Origin: a virus
Strand: one strand, 5' to 3'
Virus record (IMG/VR): IMGVR_UViG_3300025087_000641
Location: 32,001-96,000 of that record
Length of the DNA stretch: 64,000 nt
The notes below the pieces were generated by a model that saw nothing but the letters and a program-made list of their open reading frames with translations, was not told the origin of the DNA and ran no database searches. Each line of letters opens with the position of its first letter. Within the stretch, counting starts at the first letter, position 1. This document shows positions 28,943-37,986 of the stretch, one piece after another. The translations under genes and the position numbers were made by a program.

Positions 28943-28950
28943 AGTATCTC

Positions 28951-31515
28951 CTATATCGCAATCACATCCACAACAGCATTCAGGGCTGCGTTCCGAACGG
29001 CAGAGGCAAGTATGCCATCCCCCTGAACGTTTAGAGTTACCATGATATTAGACCCAGTTCCACCAGCCATTAGCATTGGCTCTTGACCACCACCAGGGCC
29101 AGGGGCGGGATATGGGTTGTCCCCCAAGTCTGGAATTGGGGCGGGCGGGCCAGGTTCTTCGCCATATGGAATGGGGGGTGGATTCCCGCTAGGAGTACCG
29201 CCCCCTCCAGATTCAAGGTCGCCATAATATTGATTGATACCCATTCTTTCTTGCCAATACCGAATTAGATTTGTAATGCGTTGCTGATATTCAAGACTCT
29301 CTCTGCCTGAAACATTTGTTAGGAACAATTCAATATTTGCTTCTTCTTGGCGACGATACGCCTCTTGTTCGCCAATCTGTTCCTGTAACGCCTGTTGCAA
29401 ATCCCGCTTTCGTCTTTCGTCTGCCCGCCGTGCGTCCTCTACCTCGCGGTCATATTGTCTCTGGATTTCGCGGCGTCTATTATCATACTCGTCGGCAATA
29501 TCCTTGAGCCTGTCCTGCTTCTGGCGCTCGGCATCTTCCTCTTTCTGCTTGCGGTCTGCCTCGGCGTCTTTAAGTTCCTCGTTGCGGGCTAGTTCGGCCT
29601 CAAACAATGCGCGGGCATCAAGGTCAATAAGCGCCTGAATTCTTGAGCGGGCATATTTGTCAAGTATCTTTTGAATACGTCTCTGGTATGCGGACTCGGC
29701 ATCCTCTGAGTCCTTGTGTCTCTTCTCCTCGGCATCAGAGATTGCTTTATCCCGATCCTTCTGCGATTTCTCCTCAAGATCAGCCAAATCCCTGTCGCGC
29801 TTTGTGGCAGCATCAATCATGTCATCGGCCAACTCGCGCTCAGAGTCGAGGACATCCTGTTTGTATTTGTCCCTAAGTTCTTGAATTTTCTTGTCAACTT
29901 TTTCCCAAAGTTCAAGAGTCTTCTGTGCGGCCTGTTCAAATGCTACAGGCTTGAAAGCATCCTGAAGTTCTTTGAGTGTGATAATGCCATCTTTGCCCGC
30001 CACTTCTAGGGCGTCTCTGAATTTGAATATTGCCTCATCTGCTAATCCGAAAGCAACCCTAAGTTTATCCAGTGCCTCTGGGGTTAGAGTCCCAGCCTTC
30101 TCGTTGAACTCTATAGCCTTCTTTGCGGCCTCTTCAAATCCAAAATCTAGTGTTTTCCCAGATATGTCGTTAAGTTTTTCAAGCGCCTCGGTTATTGCGT
30201 TCTCGCGTTGTTCTTGAAATGCCAGTTGTTCATTGAGGGCTTCAATTGCCTCGCGTCTGTCATCTGTAGCCCTTATTCCGTTATATTCAGATTCGGAAAG
30301 AAGATAATTTGACTGAACTAATGTCTCTATAGTATCAGTCCCGTCAGACATTACACTTACAAGATCGCCACTACTGTTTACGGCCAAGTTTTGTGATTTT
30401 GCAACCCGCTCCAATTCTGCGCGATATTCTCCATAGGTCTTGGAACTTTTAGACATCTCGCTGGCATGTGTTTTTATTGCCGCATTGATGTCTATGTATC
30501 CAAATAGAAGAATGTCAAGGGACTTTATGAGTGGCGAAACAGCATCACCAATATGTGTCTTTATCGCATTTGTAGCATCTGTAATATGTGTCTCAAATCG
30601 CTCATAGGCATTTGCGGCATCGTCAACCAATCCGCCAGTATCTTTCAGGAGTTTATTCCCATCCTCAATAATGGCGTTTGTTAGTGCCTGTCGCTTCTCT
30701 GCCTCGGTTAGATCATCTGCCACTTTGCCAATTGACTTCCCATAATTGGCGTAGGCGGTTTCTCCATCAATGACAATACCAATATCGTCAAGGACGCGGG
30801 TAGACAGACGCCCAATACCGAGGATGATACGTTCAAATGCGGCTTCTGTGTCAAGTCCGGCAGCACGTCCACGAATGGCGGCAATCTCAAGCAACTTCGC
30901 CATTGTGTCGGTATCTCTCGCCACTCCGAGGAGCATAGATCGGTTTGCCTGTGTAATGGCTTCGTTGGCAGAGATAGCACCGTGCGAGGCGGTTTTCATC
31001 TTCGCCACCGCCTCTTCCATATCAACGCCGTAACTCTGTGCTAATTTAGTGCCTGTCTCCCGCAGGCGGTCAATGGCCGCGCCCTCTTTTCCGAAGTCGT
31101 ATGCGGATTTTATGGCAACAGCAAACGCGGTAAGAATTCCAGTCGCAATTAGAGCGTCTTGGGCAAGAGCGGCAAATGATTTGCCAAATTCCTCATTCTG
31201 CTTGATCGCCCCCTCCATGCCTCCTTTTGCCCCAATCGTGGAGAGACGCCCGAGGAATGTTCGTTGTATATCGTTGAACTTCTGTTGTTGGTCTGCTAAT
31301 TCCTTTTGGAGGAGTATCTGCTGCTTGATGTTGGCTTGTGAATTCTTGAAAGCCTCTGTTTCAGAAGACCGAAGTAAGGCATTTCTATTACGGAGAGACT
31401 CGTATTGGGCGCGATTCAGGGCCTCAACTGAGGCTTTCGCCTCATCAAGCACTTTTTTCCCCGCGAACATCGCGTTAATTAGAATCTTGATTTCGTCGGA
31501 TGCGCCTGTTGGCAT
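28951..31515 (-). CDS. Tape measure protein
   Basis: Long Ala-rich helical protein; GIGRLSTRVLDDIGIVID motif; charged coiled coil; follows the chaperone genes. Confidence 0.9.
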   Translation of the reverse strand: MPTGASDEIKILINAMFAGKKVLDEAKASVEALNRAQYESLRNRNALLRSSETEAFKNSQANIKQQILLQKELADQQQKFNDIQRTFLGRLSTIGAKGGMEGAIKQNEEFGKSFAALAQDALIATGILTAFAVAIKSAYDFGKEGAAIDRLRETGTKLAQSYGVDMEEAVAKMKTASHGAISANEAITQANRSMLLGVARDTDTMAKLLEIAAIRGRAAGLDTEAAFERIILGIGRLSTRVLDDIGIVIDGETAYANYGKSIGKVADDLTEAEKRQALTNAIIEDGNKLLKDTGGLVDDAANAYERFETHITDATNAIKTHIGDAVSPLIKSLDILLFGYIDINAAIKTHASEMSKSSKTYGEYRAELERVAKSQNLAVNSSGDLVSVMSDGTDTIETLVQSNYLLSESEYNGIRATDDRREAIEALNEQLAFQEQRENAITEALEKLNDISGKTLDFGFEEAAKKAIEFNEKAGTLTPEALDKLRVAFGLADEAIFKFRDALEVAGKDGIITLKELQDAFKPVAFEQAAQKTLELWEKVDKKIQELRDKYKQDVLDSERELADDMIDAATKRDRDLADLEEKSQKDRDKAISDAEEKRHKDSEDAESAYQRRIQKILDKYARSRIQALIDLDARALFEAELARNEELKDAEADRKQKEEDAERQKQDRLKDIADEYDNRRREIQRQYDREVEDARRADERRKRDLQQALQEQIGEQEAYRRQEEANIELFLTNVSGRESLEYQQRITNLIRYWQERMGINQYYGDLESGGGGTPSGNPPPIPYGEEPGPPAPIPDLGDNPYPAPGPGGGQEPMLMAGGTGSNIMVTLNVQGDGILASAVRNAALNAVVDVIAI

Positions 31516-31516
31516 A

Positions 31517-31852
31517 TTACTCTTTTGGCCTTTGCGGTAACTGGACTCTTACTTCAAGCGGATTGTTAGTCTTTGTTTCCCCGCCTTTTGCCCACCGCAA
31601 TAGACTTACCCCATTAGGATTGTTCTTTTCCCAATCACGCTTATTCTTGGCGTCGTGTTTGCCCTTTGCTGTATGATATACATTAAGGCATGTCCGAATA
31701 TCCCTGACAACTCGTGGGTCTTGTGTGTCAAATCCAAGTTCGGATGGTGACATTCTAAGATGTTCGCAAATCAATCCGGCCTCAAGCAGTCGTGGCGGGG
31801 GGCAACGACTCGGACTATCCACATAGTCTATTACCCCCCTTGCGAGTTTGGG
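31517..31852 (-). CDS. Tail assembly chaperone -1 frameshift extension (gpT-like)
   Basis: The -1 frame from the slippery site reads PKLARGVIDYVDSPSRCPPP... into ORF 31517..31822. Confidence 0.8.
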   Translation of the reverse strand, partial: PKLARGVIDYVDSPSRCPPPRLLEAGLICEHLRMSPSELGFDTQDPRVVRDIRTCLNVYHTAKGKHDAKNKRDWEKNNPNGVSLLRWAKGGETKTNNPLEVRVQLPQRPKE

Positions 31853-32166
31853 TCAGAGGCGTTGGTCTTTTCGTAGAGGTCGGTGATGCACTCCACAAGC
31901 CACGCCACAAGTTTTGGTGACGCCGGGAAAGTCTCGTAAGTCACGGGATTCGGAAGTCCAGAAATATCCCACAGTTTTACAAGCGGAATAGCAGCAGGCA
32001 GAAGTGCGGCATAGAACTCGTAAAGAGAGTCTGTTGACTCTTTGAGTTTCGTTGCCACCGATAGTGCTTTCTCCCATGCTACCAAAGCGGGAAACGAGAG
32101 ATAGTCATTGTGGAAGGTTATCTTTCCCCTCCACCTATCAACATCACATGGATATTCAAGAGGCAT
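31831..32166 (-). CDS. Tail assembly chaperone (gpG-like)
   Basis: Upstream of TMP; ends with a slippery site. Confidence 0.8.
   Translation of the reverse strand: MPLEYPCDVDRWRGKITFHNDYLSFPALVAWEKALSVATKLKESTDSLYEFYAALLPAAIPLVKLWDISGLPNPVTYETFPASPKLVAWLVECITDLYEKTNASDPNSQGG
31846..31852 (-). other. Programmed -1 ribosomal frameshift site C CCA AAC
   Basis: In-phase X XXY YYZ heptamer a few codons before the stop; the -1 frame is open. Confidence 0.8.
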
Positions 32167-32200
32167 TTGTCATCTTCTTTCTGTGGTGTTCGCCACAAAC

Positions 32201-32244
32201 AAAAACGGGCAACGGCAGTCTTTTCGACTATTTTCCGTTGCCCG
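32201..32244 (-). terminator. Intrinsic terminator in the leader of the chaperone gene
   Basis: CGGGCAACGG...CCGTTGCCCG followed by TTTTT on the minus strand. Confidence 0.7.
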
Positions 32245-32327
32245 CGCTAAAGGCCGAGTCTATTATTCAGTTCCCATAAAAGTACCCAAGATAATGATAA
32301 GTGTGGACTATTTATGGGTTACATAAC

Positions 32328-32355
32328 ATTTTATACAAGTTTTCACAAAAGTCAA
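32328..32355 (-). promoter_or_regulatory. Sigma70-type promoter
   Basis: TTGACT-N16-TAAAAT. Confidence 0.6.
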
Positions 32356-32705
32356 GGGGAGATTTCAACCACTCCCGAAATTGTAATTTGTGTCGCAGAC
32401 TTGCACTTTCGGCACACAAACTCCATGTCTCCAGAGTCGTCTACAATCGTGTAAGGCAGGGCTAAATCACATATCCTCGCCAAACAGTCAAGATTCGAGC
32501 AACGGATAGGCTCTGGGGCGATTGGGGCGACGTAACGGGGCAATTTCACCCTGTAACTGACAATTGCCTCGTGGTGTATTGCTTTTGAGCACCGCTGGCA
32601 CTTTACGGACAGGTCTGGGGCATTTCCCTGCATAACCTGACACTCATGCCTGCTTTTGAATAGGAGGGCATTGCAGGTGTGGCGGACATCATTTCTGAAG
32701 ACCAT
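32352..32705 (-). CDS. Double zinc-ribbon protein (Mu Com-like)
   Basis: RHTCNALLFK..VKCQRCSK and RCSNLDC..FVCRKCK. Confidence 0.65.
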   Translation of the reverse strand: MVFRNDVRHTCNALLFKSRHECQVMQGNAPDLSVKCQRCSKAIHHEAIVSYRVKLPRYVAPIAPEPIRCSNLDCLARICDLALPYTIVDDSGDMEFVCRKCKSATQITISGVVEISP

Positions 32706-32706
32706 T

Positions 32707-33789
32707 CTAATGCGTCAGTAGTCTAAGCCAGACAGACCAAATCCCAAGAAGGTCTGTAGTATCATCAAATGGAAGGGTCAGCATTACAAATGTTCCGGGG
32801 TTGTCATATTGTGCCCTAGTTCCAGACTCTAGGCGTGTGCCATATTTCAGATACAACAAAACGTGGTACTCCCACGGATTTGCCCCATACTTCTCTATAA
32901 TCTCATTGCGCTCATATTCATGTCCCGCCCAAAAGCGGTCACTCTTGCGTGAGGCCCGTTCATCAGATTCGGAGCGTAGAAACAGGTTGGCAAACAGATC
33001 ATATGCCCACACATCTTCGCGCAGTCTTGAGCGAAGTGACAGACGAGATAGATTTTCAAGCTCATACCAGAATGTTTTACACGCCAATTCGTCGCCGTAA
33101 TTGCACATTGCAGCTAATACTTCAAGCGTTGCAGCGCTGGTGTTACTTTCTAGTATCGCGGATTTCTCTCTCCATGTTTCTCCGTCTTGGGGATTTAGAA
33201 AGTTTCCCCCCTGAATATGAACCATTTCGTGGACGAAAACCTCAAGTATGTCTCGGCTGTCTTGCCATGCCGGATCATCAAAGTAGCGTGCATTTATCCA
33301 GACGACACACATATTCCTACCAACGCTTGGGTCATACTCACAATTGGCACGTCCGCCAACCTGAAACGATGTATCCCCATCCCACGGACGAACAACAATG
33401 TAATCTGGATATATGCCCTCTCCAACACGCTCTCTAAGATAATACGGAATAATGCGGGTTGCATAATCAACAAGCCATTTGCTGTTGGTATATATTCCCC
33501 AAGTCTCTTCTTGGTCATAGAATTGACTCCGGTTGTAATCTGCTACAACTGGAACTGGCTCACCCGCCTTCTGGTGTGCCACAACTGCTATCACTGCATC
33601 TCTGGCGATTTGAGGTATTTGTGTATTGTGCCATGCCCACACCTCAGTACCTACAGACCCCAATGATACAACAGTCACCACAAGAACAAGAATGCCCATC
33701 TTGATTTGTGGCCTGAATTTTCGCCAGCCAGTTACTATTGGCTTCTTTGCTATTCGTTTCTTTGTGGTGGACTTTCTTTTTGCGGGCAT
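32707..33789 (-). CDS. Membrane-anchored/secreted HExxH metalloprotein (putative zincin)
   Basis: Basic N-terminus plus a TM segment; VFVHEMVH with a downstream Glu (LESNT). Confidence 0.7.
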   Translation of the reverse strand: MPAKRKSTTKKRIAKKPIVTGWRKFRPQIKMGILVLVVTVVSLGSVGTEVWAWHNTQIPQIARDAVIAVVAHQKAGEPVPVVADYNRSQFYDQEETWGIYTNSKWLVDYATRIIPYYLRERVGEGIYPDYIVVRPWDGDTSFQVGGRANCEYDPSVGRNMCVVWINARYFDDPAWQDSRDILEVFVHEMVHIQGGNFLNPQDGETWREKSAILESNTSAATLEVLAAMCNYGDELACKTFWYELENLSRLSLRSRLREDVWAYDLFANLFLRSESDERASRKSDRFWAGHEYERNEIIEKYGANPWEYHVLLYLKYGTRLESGTRAQYDNPGTFVMLTLPFDDTTDLLGIWSVWLRLLTH

Positions 33790-33839
33790 ATCATACTCCC
33801 CCTAAAAGGGTGATTTATATATTTGATTCTACCACGCCA

Positions 33840-33972
33840 TTGACACTATGTAAAGGTATGGTACAATTTGGTTGTCACCCACTATGCAAGATGGTATAAT
33901 GTCTTTGCGACTCCTCTGCCACAAGCCTTGCGCTAGTGGGTGACACAGAGGAGTTGCTTTTATTTTCAGGAG
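33840..33972 (+). promoter_or_regulatory. Tandem promoters + inverted repeat + leader terminator (locus B)
   Basis: TTGACA-N16-TACAAT; TTGTCA-N17-TATAAT; IR 33873-84/33934-45; stem 33907-18/33946-57 followed by TTTTATTTT. Confidence 0.75.
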
Positions 33973-33977
33973 TCATT

Positions 33978-34760
33978 ATGGCTAAAAGTTCTTTGGGTAA
34001 AAAGCGCGGTATTCACACTTGCAATGTGTGTGGCGTAAAATTTAAGAGATGGTGTGATGCGCCAATACTCTTGATATGTGAGGACTGTTATTTAATAACT
34101 ATACCATGTGAACAATGTGGAGAACCTGCAAGGAAATATACAAAAGTTGCTAGGCCAAGAAGATTCTGTGACAGCAAGTGCAGGCAGACATATATTGCTA
34201 GAAAGACAGCACAAACTAGGGGCGAAACAACAAGGCAAAAACACAAAACAGACCAAGTTTACCACGAAAAGATGTCTGCAATTTTAAGGTCTGTTCATCA
34301 TCTTTCACAAACGAAAGAGAATTTTGAGGCAATATCTAAAAGTCTCAAGAAGAGATGGAAAAATAAAGATTATAGGGAATATATGTCGGCAATGTCGCGT
34401 CGGATTTGGGAAGACAGGGATAAAATGCTGAATTCCGTAAAGTGGCATCCAACTAAAATGACAAATCTAGAAAGGAAAATTGATGAAATTATATCGGAAT
34501 GGGGAATTACATATCACTTAAATTATATGGTCGGGAGATACTTTATAGATTTTGCATTCCCAGAACATATGATTGGCATAGAATGTGATGGGGAATATTG
34601 GCATCGTAACACAAGGGAAAGAGAAGCCAAGCGTGATGCTTGGCTCTCATCTTGTGGTTGGACAATTATTAGACTCTCTGAAAACGAGATTGAAAATTGT
34701 CCCGTTTGGACACTTGCCACAAAGGTGGTTCCCCTTATAGAGAATTGTTCTAATCCCTAG
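33978..34760 (+). CDS. Vsr/DUF559-like endonuclease with N-terminal zinc fingers
   Basis: TNLERKI, YFIDFAFP, IECDGEYWH, RDAWL..GWTIIRLSE; AGGAG RBS. Confidence 0.88.
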   Translation: MAKSSLGKKRGIHTCNVCGVKFKRWCDAPILLICEDCYLITIPCEQCGEPARKYTKVARPRRFCDSKCRQTYIARKTAQTRGETTRQKHKTDQVYHEKMSAILRSVHHLSQTKENFEAISKSLKKRWKNKDYREYMSAMSRRIWEDRDKMLNSVKWHPTKMTNLERKIDEIISEWGITYHLNYMVGRYFIDFAFPEHMIGIECDGEYWHRNTREREAKRDAWLSSCGWTIIRLSENEIENCPVWTLATKVVPLIENCSNP

Positions 34761-36139
34761 AGTACCCCCGTGCCCAGACTCCTCCCCGGAACTCCACTAA
34801 GCAACTGGAAACTGAATGGAAAGTTATCATTTCTAACAACTCGGTAATTCCCAGTCAGAACCCATGCACCATTGCTATCAGCAACACTCACATTTTCAAT
34901 ATAGGCAGGCACGGAAGCACTCAATTGCATATTGGAAGCACCGATTCGCCAGGGTGTAGAATATAACCAATGCATCTGAATCTCGCTGGCGTTCTTCCAC
35001 TTCTGATACTCAAGTTCATTGTTTAACAGAAGGGTAATGTTGCCAGTATATTCAGTTGCACCGAAGAATGAACCCTGTGGGCCTTGCACGCCAGCAGCGG
35101 CACGATAGTTGCGGTTGCCAGTTGAGATAGTCATGTCGCCGTTCTGCATCACATCCCACTGAGTCCCGTTGTCGCGTCTCACGCGCAATCCCCACGCGGG
35201 CCAGATGCGAAGTGGGGATGGAGAATGGAGAGTCGTTTCCGCACTAGACCCAGTTGGTTCGCCCTCAAAGTCAGCGGTTACATTGAAGATACCATCAACT
35301 GCCTCGGAGTCGGCAGTAAGAGTTAGACTCTTTAGAACCATCCCCGTATGCATAAAGGAGAGGTTGGCAGATGCCTCGCCAGCAGTCGGGTTATTGAGTC
35401 TCTCGAATGCGAGAGTTGGCGCTGAGGAGTTGACCGTAAAAGTGTGCAACCAGTGTTTGATTGCAGAGACACTGACAACGCCCGTAGATGCTCCAGAGAT
35501 AGAGATACCAGAGGCCGCGATAGAAGACCATGCAGTTCTGGTATAGGCAACTACTGATTGGGCAGACCCAAACGAGATTTGTTCACTCGCGCCATTACCA
35601 TACGAGTCGATGCCACTGATGGAGATAGTACCAGCGGGAATACCACCCGACAGTTGGATTTGTAGAATCTTTCCGCCCGATTCTGGTTGATTGTTGAGAA
35701 CAAGGGCTTTTGGGTCTGCGTTTAGAGGTTCATTTCCCCGCAGAAGTTGTGGCGCTGATGCTTGCGGAATCATGTCCGTAGAAGCACCACCCATCGCCGC
35801 ATACAGAAGTACACCCAAGAAGTCGGGGATGACGGGTGCAGAGAATCCGCCCTCTGACCAAGTACGTCCCTGCACTGGCGGTTGCTGATTGATGCGCCTA
35901 TCGCCTGCATGTCCAGCGGGAAAGATAGTTGCTCGTTGTTCTTGCAGGGAGGGCAAGTCATCGGTAATCATGTTGTGCCACATGCCCCCCTCCCACCATG
36001 CCTTTCCGAGGTGGGCCGCAAGTCCAGTGGCGTAAGCACCCGCACTCGGCGCAACACCACGATTCCACGCTGGTGTGGCGGCCTGATTCACCTCAACAGA
36101 AATTTTGAGTCCCTGATTAAAAGTTGAACTGATTGCCAT
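34757..36139 (-). CDS. Major tail (tube) protein with insertion domain
   Basis: Between terminator and chaperone genes; LGVLLYAAMG, HTFT..PTLAFE, GMVLKSLTL. Confidence 0.75.
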   Translation of the reverse strand: MAISSTFNQGLKISVEVNQAATPAWNRGVAPSAGAYATGLAAHLGKAWWEGGMWHNMITDDLPSLQEQRATIFPAGHAGDRRINQQPPVQGRTWSEGGFSAPVIPDFLGVLLYAAMGGASTDMIPQASAPQLLRGNEPLNADPKALVLNNQPESGGKILQIQLSGGIPAGTISISGIDSYGNGASEQISFGSAQSVVAYTRTAWSSIAASGISISGASTGVVSVSAIKHWLHTFTVNSSAPTLAFERLNNPTAGEASANLSFMHTGMVLKSLTLTADSEAVDGIFNVTADFEGEPTGSSAETTLHSPSPLRIWPAWGLRVRRDNGTQWDVMQNGDMTISTGNRNYRAAAGVQGPQGSFFGATEYTGNITLLLNNELEYQKWKNASEIQMHWLYSTPWRIGASNMQLSASVPAYIENVSVADSNGAWVLTGNYRVVRNDNFPFSFQLLSGVPGRSLGTGVL

Positions 36140-36212
36140 TTTTATCTCCCCGAATATCTTTACTCTATCACAAGATATTCAGAATGCAACACGAGTTTTG
36201 TTAAAAGAACAC

Positions 36213-36346
36213 TTGTACTATATCCCATTATATGGTAAAATTTGCTTGCTGAGGTAAGCCATAATACGGTATAATAGAATTCATCAATCGCCTGCATCGG
36301 CTTGCCTCAGCAACAAGACCGTATCGCGGGCGATTGTATTTGGAGG
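36213..36346 (+). promoter_or_regulatory. Tandem promoters + inverted repeat + leader hairpin (locus C)
   Basis: TTGTAC-N17-TAAAAT; TTGCTG-N18-TATAAT; IR 36246-60/36299-313; stem 36285-95/36326-36 followed by TATTT. Confidence 0.7.
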
Positions 36347-36350
36347 TTGT

Positions 36351-37334
36351 ATGCCAAGAAAAGGCCAGAAGATTACCAAAGAACATAGCCAAGCTATTGC
36401 CGATGCTAATAGGCGTAGAATTTTCACCCCAGAAATGCGTGGGAATTACAGTAAAGCACAACAGGGCAAAACCCTTTCCGATGAGCATAAGAAGAAACTC
36501 AGCGACTCTCTTTCTGGAGACAGAAATCCATTTTTTGGAAGAACACATAGCGAGGAGACTCGCAGAAAAATATCCGAGGGGAATAAGGGCAAGGTCGGCT
36601 ACAATCTTGGGAAACATCTCTCTGACAAAACGAAAGAAAAACTTAGACGGGTTCATCTTGGTAAGCCAAGTCCCATGAGGGGAAAGCGGATGTCGGAAGA
36701 ATCTAGGGAGAAAATGAGAATGGCTTGGGGCAATCGGCGTATGCGTATGGCTGAGGCAAAGGATATTAGAAAGCGCCAAAGAATGAAAGATGCTTGGAAG
36801 TCCAGAAAGGATAAAATTGGCGGGAATGGAGTTCATCCCGAAACAAGGGAAAAGTTGAGCATCAGTAGAATGGGAACTGGCAATTCTTTTTACGGAAAGA
36901 AACATTCCCCTGAAACAATAGAAAAAATGACAGGCCCAAACAATAGCCAGTGGAAGGGGGGACACGAAAGATATTATGGCCCGGAATGGACTAAAACACT
37001 GAGGGCAAAAATAAGAAGGCGTGATGGATACAAATGTATGATTAATCCATCCCATCTCATTTCTGGTCATTTTGGCGTTCCAGATGTTCATCACATTATT
37101 CCATATTTTGACGCTATTGATGCACAACTAGAGCGTCCACACCGTCACGAAAATCTTATATCGCTCTGTAGAAAATGTCATCGTCGGGCAGAGGCACACC
37201 CAAATGTCTCTGTGCCACAACTCCAATCATTGCTTATTGAAAGATATAGTTATCAAAGGGAAAATATGTTATCTATGCCGATATACATTCAAACTGAAAA
37301 ATCCACCCAATCATGTCCGTGCCCGCAAATGTGA
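36351..37334 (+). CDS. NUMOD3-repeat HNH homing endonuclease
   Basis: Repeated HSEETRRKIS-type units; WKGG, RRRDGYKC, VHHI, NLISLCRKCH. Confidence 0.9.
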   Translation: MPRKGQKITKEHSQAIADANRRRIFTPEMRGNYSKAQQGKTLSDEHKKKLSDSLSGDRNPFFGRTHSEETRRKISEGNKGKVGYNLGKHLSDKTKEKLRRVHLGKPSPMRGKRMSEESREKMRMAWGNRRMRMAEAKDIRKRQRMKDAWKSRKDKIGGNGVHPETREKLSISRMGTGNSFYGKKHSPETIEKMTGPNNSQWKGGHERYYGPEWTKTLRAKIRRRDGYKCMINPSHLISGHFGVPDVHHIIPYFDAIDAQLERPHRHENLISLCRKCHRRAEAHPNVSVPQLQSLLIERYSYQRENMLSMPIYIQTEKSTQSCPCPQM

Positions 37335-37737
37335 GCAAATTATTTCCATTTCCAACTCCATATTGCCCACCAGTCAGAAACACTTTCACCCCGCCAAGTT
37401 GTGATAGCAAATTTGTTATCACCGTGGTATCCTGAAACTTCTCTCGCCACTTCTGCCCGAATGGAATAGCCGCATTCTCAATATATCTCAACTTTCCCCC
37501 TGCCGATTCTCTTGGAAGTACAAACAAAACGGAATTGAAGGTCATGGAATTCGCCCACACATTTGGGAATGCCCGTGGCGTAGCCCCAAATGATGGAATG
37601 AAATGTATCACGGCAGGCAGGACATTGTTTAGCGAGTCTGGATTCTGTGCATATCCAAACGACGCCTTGACTCCATCAATAGATGCCTCTTGCGCTGCAA
37701 TGAGGTTGATAGCATTTTCTTCGCGGAACGCTGGCAC
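37273..37737 (-). CDS. Putative tail terminator/completion protein
   Basis: 154 aa; directly upstream of the tail tube gene apart from the inserted nuclease; PAV motif. Confidence 0.65.
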   Translation of the reverse strand: MPAFREENAINLIAAQEASIDGVKASFGYAQNPDSLNNVLPAVIHFIPSFGATPRAFPNVWANSMTFNSVLFVLPRESAGGKLRYIENAAIPFGQKWREKFQDTTVITNLLSQLGGVKVFLTGGQYGVGNGNNLLTFAGTDMIGWIFQFECISA

Positions 37738-37980
37738 TCACTTCACCAATAGTCCAACCAGATAGATGATAACAGAAGCGACAAATGGGCCGCCTACAAA
37801 CATCAATATCTTGACAATGGTATCAACCCTCTTCTCCACGAGAACACTCTTGGTAACTAAGCCACCCTCCATATTTCCATTGCCATAGATGGTTTGTCTC
37901 ATACAATCCAATGTCTCTTTTACATCCTTGACATCTGAATGTAACTCTAGGAGTATTTCGTGATCGGTCAACTCACTCAT
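37738..37980 (-). CDS. Small coiled-coil protein with C-terminal TM (XhlA/holin-like)
   Basis: IYGNG..GL motif; hydrophobic C-terminus. Confidence 0.6.
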   Translation of the reverse strand: MSELTDHEILLELHSDVKDVKETLDCMRQTIYGNGNMEGGLVTKSVLVEKRVDTIVKILMFVGGPFVASVIIYLVGLLVK

Positions 37981-37986
37981 AACGCC

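Noticed and set aside
36228-37127. 299-aa - strand ORF
   Set aside because: Antisense shadow of the Lys/Arg-rich NUMOD3 nuclease; Phe/Leu/Ser-biased composition.
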